64,000 bases of DNA from Nitrososphaeria archaeon (GTDB lineage: Archaea > Thermoproteota > Nitrososphaeria > JACIWG01). Shown piece by piece: positions 58,325 to 64,000 of the stretch (positions within the stretch are counted from its first letter, which is position 1; the number at the start of each line of letters is the position of its first letter). Both the position numbers and the translations under genes were made by a program. The notes beneath the pieces were generated by a model, which made no database searches, was not told the DNA's origin, and saw only the letters and a list, made by a program, of their open reading frames with translations. Where the stretch lies: positions 1 to 64,000 of the forward strand of contig JBEKIG010000010.1 in the NCBI GenBank assembly GCA_050011875.1, in the 5' to 3' direction.

Positions 58325-59527
58325 TTATTTGTTTAGGTGATTCTGATCATTCTCCAATGGTTCAGCAAGATTCATTGCAACTAAAAATACAGCAGCCATT
58401 TCAGGTAGAATCACTTCTTGGTTATTGTATGGCCCAAACTGTTGTTCCTTTAATTCGAATTTTGGAGAGTAGAAGACATGCACTTTGGTCGGTTCATCTG
58501 ATAACACTGCTGAGTCTACCAGAGGTGAAAAGGTGCTTATATCTACGATTTTTTTCTTTATAAGACCGGTTCCACCATGTAGTGTATCAGGCATTCTGAA
58601 GATTCTATGTATATCTGTCGTAACGGCAACATCAATTTTTATGCCCAAGTTTTGTTTAATTGACTCGAGTACAGTTAAAAGATCTTTGTATGAATTCTTT
58701 GAAATATATTCAGAAATTGTTTTCCTAAAGAAGTCTTCGTCTAGGTCTTTAATTTGTAAAAGAAGTATTTTTTCAAAAAAATCTTTTGAAAAACGTCCTG
58801 GCCAACCTTTCTCCCAAGGTGTAGGAAAAAGATAGGTTTGTTGCTCTGAAGATGAGCGTTCACCTATGATACTTTTAAGTCTAAATCCATTTAATGTAAG
58901 GTAGTCGGAGAGCTCCAGTCTAAAGGTTTGATCAGCCTTCTCATATGGAGAATTTTCTACTGTAAGATGATATCCTCTTTTTCCTGAAAAGTATATTTTT
59001 AAATCGTTCTTTGATAGTCCAAAATCTCTGATAAGAACATCAGAGAGTTTAACAATTTCTTGTTTGCAATATTCTAAACCATTCTTTGTAGCAATCTTTA
59101 TTTCTTCTATCTTATGCGAACCACAATTTGTACAATTCTTCTTGGCACTAGAAAAGAAAGTTCTACAATCGTTACAAAAAAATAAAATCTCCATTAACCC
59201 TTCTACTTTAGGCAAATGATCTAAATCTATATCAAATATCAGATCTGCACCTTTCCAAACTCTTGAATTAATTGGATCGGAGGGGTCATCGTAATACGCT
59301 GAGGAATAATAAAGGGCTTTAGGGGCTTCATGCAATATTAACGCACTTAGTTCGCCTTCGTTTTTTATCTTTAAATTACGAATCATCCTTTCAGGAGAAA
59401 AAGTAAGGTATCCAATTTCCCTTTCAGACAACCTGGCTGGAACATTTATTTTTGTTACATTGTTATAATAATACTTCTTAAAAATCTTCTTTAGAAAAAC
59501 TTCTTTTTCTGTCAAAATTTTTTTCAC
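58325..59527 (-). CDS. priS: DNA primase small subunit
   Basis: RE.G, Y.S.AYY, LIFDID, FSGKRGYH, ID..VT.DIHR.FR.P..LH. Confidence 0.96.
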   Translation of the reverse strand: MKKILTEKEVFLKKIFKKYYYNNVTKINVPARLSEREIGYLTFSPERMIRNLKIKNEGELSALILHEAPKALYYSSAYYDDPSDPINSRVWKGADLIFDIDLDHLPKVEGLMEILFFCNDCRTFFSSAKKNCTNCGSHKIEEIKIATKNGLEYCKQEIVKLSDVLIRDFGLSKNDLKIYFSGKRGYHLTVENSPYEKADQTFRLELSDYLTLNGFRLKSIIGERSSSEQQTYLFPTPWEKGWPGRFSKDFFEKILLLQIKDLDEDFFRKTISEYISKNSYKDLLTVLESIKQNLGIKIDVAVTTDIHRIFRMPDTLHGGTGLIKKKIVDISTFSPLVDSAVLSDEPTKVHVFYSPKFELKEQQFGPYNNQEVILPEMAAVFLVAMNLAEPLENDQNHLNK

Positions 59528-60540
59528 CAGATTTTACTAAACGCCTTCCGTATTGAAGGGGATGCGAAACATTATAGCATGTTTGATTCTTAAAACATAA
59601 GGATTGGGAGAAAAGGGTTTTACAGTCTGGTACGTTGTATGTTTTCCTTCCTCCCCTTAGACCAGCAATATGTTCAACTTGATACCTTGCTACCTTTTCA
59701 TTGAAATCAGGAGAATTAGAGAAGAATTTTATTAAATCGTCAACGCTTTTTCCGGTTTTAAGTAAAAAGGCTGTTAAGAAGAAACGTTCAAAATGCGCTA
59801 GGTTTTCATTTGCTTGAGACCTAACTATAGCATGAGTTACACAAGGAGGGTACTCCGTTATCCTAGTTTCTTCAAATGCAGTCCTAGGTAGAGGATGATT
59901 TTTTATTATATCAACAAGATATTGTAATTGTTGAGGTATAGCAGGTGTAGTAGATTCTTTTATTCTTTTATATATTTCATGACGGATTTCGTCACGCGCA
60001 AGCCTTATTATTTCATTTCTTTTTGCATAAACTAATCCACAGTCAATAAGCCTATTAACAATTCTCCAATAATCACTTTTTAGCGGAGAAGATAGCGTCA
60101 CATAGTCCGTAATACCTACCAAATATTCATAGAAGGAATTTCCTATTGAATATTCGGTTTCGTATACTGGAATCTTTAAGATTTGTTGAATAATATATGT
60201 TATTGTTTTCTTATTTTCAGTTTTTAGAAAAACTTCAGCACGACCTGCCTCATTTAGAGAAAATCTAGAAATAGCGTCTTCTCTTTGACTTGCTTTGATG
60301 ACCGCGACTGTTAGAATAAAGGATAAAAGATCGGAATCGATATCCAAGACATAAAGTTCTGGAGGATATCTTGAAGATTTTAGCCTAGACTCACATCTTT
60401 TAATTACTCTTTCAAATTCTTCGGAAGAAAGATCATCTAGGGTTAATCCTAGCTGAGATACCCGCGTTCTAGCTTCTTCTAAAAATGGGTACTTTGCTAA
60501 GTCTTCTTCGCCTAAAATGACCTTTTCCGTAGTTTTCCAT
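59478..60540 (-). CDS. priL: DNA primase large subunit (true start unclear; ATG 60540 is one base out of frame)
   Basis: LAKYPF lies upstream of the called TTG 60347; PPC, H..R, PDF....YQ..HI, Y..P.C, HPL.Y. Confidence 0.92.
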
Positions 60541-60633
60541 CTCCTCTTTTATTTTTAGAGGAACCTATTTAATAAGTTTCGTGGAAAAGTTTTAATTGTT
60601 AATAACATTGACGGAAGTAGTAATATAGCAGGC

Positions 60634-62805
60634 ATGAGTTTTATAAATTTAGAGTTCATAAAAGAAAATAAGGTGGAAAAGAGAGACTATCAGGATAGAC
60701 TTTCTGACATCTGCCTTAGACAAAACTGTCTAATCATAGCACCTACTGGTTTGGGAAAAACGATCATAGCAGCTTTATTTATAGCTAAAAGTTTAATAGA
60801 AGATCAAAATCGAAGATTTTTATTGATCGCACCAACTAGAGTCTTAGTAGGCCAACACACAACGACTTTAAGAGATGTACTTAGTTTAGATCCAGAAACA
60901 ATCACAGAAATAACCGGTGAAGATACTATAGAAAAGAGGATAGATAGATGGAAAAAGAAAATAGTTGTAGCAACTTCTGAAATCACTATAAGTGATCTGG
61001 ATAAAGGTATTTTTAAGCCAGAAGAATTCTATTCAATAATATTCGATGAAGCCCATCACACAATTGGTAACCATCCTTATACTTTACTTAGTAGCAGTAT
61101 TCACATCAGAAAACCCGACATCCGTGTCATCGGATTTACTGCATCTCCACCGTCAGAAAAAGAGAAACAAGAGGAGGTGCAAAACAAACTTAACATAAAG
61201 CACGTAGAGGTTATCACAGAAAATAGCCCAGAAGTGAAAAAATACTTTCTTGGATCTGAAATAGAGATCATCAAAATAAAACCCACGCCAGCACTATTAA
61301 AAATCAGACAAGACTTATTAATAATAATTCAAAGAATTAGGGAGAATCTGGGGAAAAAAGGCATTTTAGGGAATGTTGAAACATCGTCAATTAAAAAATT
61401 AATTGAAATTTCAAAAAAAGATCTCGGAATTGAGGAAAGAAGTCAGATAACATCCCTGATAAGATTGTATCATTGTCTAGATATAGCAGAATCTTATGGA
61501 ATAGAACCGTTTATTATCTTCTGTGAAAAGATATCTTTGAAAAGAGGAAAAAGCGCAGCGAATTTAAGGGAGGACGCGAACTTTAAAGCAGCTTATGAAA
61601 CAGCAAAAAGTATGTTGATTGTAAGAGAAGAGCATCCTAAAGTCTTAGAATTAAAGAAAATTCTAAAAAACAAGAATGAAGGAGATAGAGTAATTATCTT
61701 TTCTAATTATAAAGACACTATTAAAATGCTTTATGAAAAGGCCTTGTTATGGGGACTTGATGCTGATTATTTAATAGGAAAAAGAGGAGAATTTAGTCAA
61801 AGCCAAAAAAAGCAGTTAGAAACTTTAAACAAAATGAACAAGGGTGAAAAAAATATACTCTTCGCAACTAGAGTGGGGGAAGAAGGTCTTGACATAATAG
61901 AATGTAACTTAGTGATATTCTATGACAGTATATCTGATGCTGTTAGATTTATTCAAAGAAAAGGTAGAACAGGGAGAAAGAAAAAAGGTAGGGTCGTTGT
62001 TCTAGTCATGGAAGGTACGAAGGAAGAAGTATTATTTTGGATAGGCAAAAAAAGAATTGAAAAAGGAAGGGAAATTATAAAAAGAAGTGGAGTAGCGCAG
62101 AATACAGTTCCTTTGGAACGATTTATCAATGGGAAAAATCAAGAAGTAAAAGTAATAGTTGATACACGTGAGAACATAATCATTAAGACTAAATTGAAGA
62201 ATAATCCTAATATTGACGTTGAAGAACAAATGTTGGATGTAGGGGATTTTGTTCTTTCTGAAGATGTCTGTGTGGAAAGGAAAACGTTAAAGGATTTTGA
62301 GTCTTCAATAATTGATGGCAGGTTATTTCCTCAACTAATTCAATTAAAACAAAAATACAATAAACCTATTCTAATATTAGAAAAAGGTTCACAATCAGAT
62401 AGAATTAGCCAGAATGCATTTTTTGGAGCTTTAGCAAGCGTTATTACAGACTTTAACATAGCTCTAATTATAACCGAATCTACAGAAGAGAGTGCAGCTC
62501 TAATGTATGTAATAGCAAAAAGGGAGCAAGTAGAGAAGAAAAAGGGTATAAAAATTCGTGAAGGTGAAAAACCTATTAGCATAAAGGAAATTCAAAAGTA
62601 TATTTTGGCTGGAATGCCAGGTGTAAGTAACATCTTAGCAACCCGTTTACTTGAAAAGTTTGGAACTTTACAAAATGTGTTTAATGCATCAGAAAATGAG
62701 TTATTTGATGTAAAAGGTATAGGAGACGTTATGGCAAAAAGAATAAAAGAAATAACTATAGCTGATTTTAATAAAAATCAAATAAATGCAATAAATAACT
62801 TATAG
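60634..62805 (+). CDS. hef: Hef: SF2 helicase + ERCC4/XPF nuclease
   Basis: PTGLGKT, DEAH, TASP, QRKGRTGR, VDTRE, GDF, VERK and a C-terminal HhH. Confidence 0.95.
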   Translation: MSFINLEFIKENKVEKRDYQDRLSDICLRQNCLIIAPTGLGKTIIAALFIAKSLIEDQNRRFLLIAPTRVLVGQHTTTLRDVLSLDPETITEITGEDTIEKRIDRWKKKIVVATSEITISDLDKGIFKPEEFYSIIFDEAHHTIGNHPYTLLSSSIHIRKPDIRVIGFTASPPSEKEKQEEVQNKLNIKHVEVITENSPEVKKYFLGSEIEIIKIKPTPALLKIRQDLLIIIQRIRENLGKKGILGNVETSSIKKLIEISKKDLGIEERSQITSLIRLYHCLDIAESYGIEPFIIFCEKISLKRGKSAANLREDANFKAAYETAKSMLIVREEHPKVLELKKILKNKNEGDRVIIFSNYKDTIKMLYEKALLWGLDADYLIGKRGEFSQSQKKQLETLNKMNKGEKNILFATRVGEEGLDIIECNLVIFYDSISDAVRFIQRKGRTGRKKKGRVVVLVMEGTKEEVLFWIGKKRIEKGREIIKRSGVAQNTVPLERFINGKNQEVKVIVDTRENIIIKTKLKNNPNIDVEEQMLDVGDFVLSEDVCVERKTLKDFESSIIDGRLFPQLIQLKQKYNKPILILEKGSQSDRISQNAFFGALASVITDFNIALIITESTEESAALMYVIAKREQVEKKKGIKIREGEKPISIKEIQKYILAGMPGVSNILATRLLEKFGTLQNVFNASENELFDVKGIGDVMAKRIKEITIADFNKNQINAINNL

Positions 62806-62865
62806 TACATAACAGAAAGCTTTATGGTTATATTAAAACCAGAGTAGATAAGGGAGGGATGTAAA

Positions 62866-63138
62866 TTGTTAACTACAAATAAAGAGAATCAAGAAAGAGT
62901 AACTAAAACATTATCTGTACTACAAGGAATATCGGAAACAGTTACAGTCCCAAGAAATATACGTAAAACAATAAAAGAAATAATGACAGATTTACAAAAA
63001 GGAGCAGGTAAACTAGGTGTAAGAGCGGCAAACGCAGTATCAACATTAACGGAAATAAGTGAAGACCCCAATTTGCCAATTTTTGCCAGAGTAAAAATTT
63101 ATGATGCAATCAGTTGTTTGGAAAATATCCGTGATTAA
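62866..63138 (+). CDS. UPF0147 family protein
   Basis: TVPRNIR, RAA.A.S.L, DPN.P...R. Confidence 0.92.
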   Translation: MLTTNKENQERVTKTLSVLQGISETVTVPRNIRKTIKEIMTDLQKGAGKLGVRAANAVSTLTEISEDPNLPIFARVKIYDAISCLENIRD

Positions 63139-63299
63139 TAGTAAAATGGTAAATATATTAAATTATTCGGGATCATTATTATATATGTAGGTTCCTCATT
63201 ATATATAATTAATGCAGATAATTAAAGGATTTCCAAAACAGCAAATAAGAAAAAAATATTTTATGTTCTGATAAGCATAACGACCTTCAAAGAAGACAG

Positions 63300-63384
63300 T
63301 GCGGGGGGTGGGATTTGAACCCACGAACCCCTTCGAGACGAGGTTCTGAGCCTCGCGCCTTTGACCTATCTTGGCAACCCCCGC
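63300..63384 (-). tRNA. tRNA-Leu(CAG)
   Basis: GCGGGGG/CCCCCGC-A acceptor, CGAGG-CTCAGAA-CCTCG anticodon arm, long variable arm. Confidence 0.95.
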
Positions 63385-63438
63385 TCGTTAATAGACTTCT
63401 ATCCTTTTTTATATGAACTTTTCATAAAAAAAAGAAAA

Positions 63439-63537
63439 CGCCGGGGAAGGGACTTGAACCCTTGAAACGGTAGAGCCGTTACCGGCTATCTTGTTGGATC
63501 TCGAGGCCGGCCCTTTCGACCACTCAGGCACCCCGGC
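63439..63537 (-). tRNA. tRNA-Ser(CGA) with a 12-nt canonical 37/38 intron (63488-63499)
   Basis: GCCGGGG/CCCCGGC-G acceptor; CCGGC-CTCGAG[ATCCAACAAGAT]A-GCCGG; long variable arm. Confidence 0.92.
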
Positions 63538-63578
63538 TTAAATGATACTTTAAGAACATGATTTAAAAAGTTTAATAT

Positions 63579-63998
63579 TTATAATTCGTAATCGAATAAT
63601 TTATTGAATTCTTCTTCAGCGGATTTGATCCTTACCTGTCTTTTAGCGAATATATCTAAAGCAGTTAGTATGTCGTTAGGCTCTTCACCCTCCTTCATTT
63701 CATCTTGATAAATAGTTTTGGCCTTCCGCAGTATGTCACCATTCAACTTAGAGTCAATATAGTCGGCAAGGTGAACGATCATGGCTTCTAAGGTTTCTGG
63801 CCTTACAGGCCCTGAATCACCATGATGAGCTGCCACAGCGTGCACGACTTTAAATGGAAACTTATTCTGAGTCAACTTTATAACAATCATAACGAGATGA
63901 TCCATATAATTGCCCAAAGGTGAATTTGAAGTAGGATCATCCTTATCATATGTGTAAGGCTTGAAAAGATCGTGGAGTAGACATGCGGCGATAACAGT
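63579..63998 (-). CDS. HD-domain phosphodiesterase (MptB-like), 5'-partial
   Basis: Frame is open to the window edge: AACLLHDLFK...DH...HAVAAHHG...P.TLEA.IVH.AD..DS. Confidence 0.8.
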   Translation of the reverse strand, partial: TVIAACLLHDLFKPYTYDKDDPTSNSPLGNYMDHLVMIVIKLTQNKFPFKVVHAVAAHHGDSGPVRPETLEAMIVHLADYIDSKLNGDILRKAKTIYQDEMKEGEEPNDILTALDIFAKRQVRIKSAEEEFNKLFDYEL

Positions 63999-64000
63999 GT

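Noticed and set aside
60480-60545. BHB intron explaining the priL frame problem
   Set aside because: I could not build a 4-bp helix flanked by two 3-nt bulges that removes 3n+1 nt.
853-62582. Many 60-170 aa antisense or nested ORFs in the track
   Set aside because: They overlap well-supported genes on the other strand or frame and have no motifs.

Overview
Archaeal chromosome segment; gene content and order suggest a TACK or Nitrososphaerota-like lineage (inferred). It has three parts. (1) About 1-19.8 kb is a decaying integrated element or defence island. It carries a Type IIG restriction-modification gene, PD-(D/E)xK and HNH nucleases, a ParB-like/nuclease fusion, a YwgA/Panacea-like plus SAMHD1-like HD pair facing a tandem TIR/NDT-like protein, several pseudogenes, and structured non-coding repeats at 12.2-12.9 kb. 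(2) About 20-29.3 kb is accessory: a membrane-anchored wHTH regulator with a 4x amplified palindromic operator amid Thr-rich surface proteins, plus a tautomerase, aldA and an SDR. (3) About 29.4-64 kb is core archaeal genome: translation, tRNA modification, SRP54, TFE, topoisomerase I, archaeal mevalonate genes, AglB, PCNA/GINS/primase, Hef, RNase P RNA and four tRNAs, two with introns. The most striking observation is a 17-nt bulge-helix-bulge (BHB) intron inside a protein-coding gene (ATP-NAD kinase family, 52205-52221). Its predicted splicing-endonuclease cut sites exactly restore the conserved N-terminal motif and the reading frame. All family assignments are by motif recognition, without database searches.
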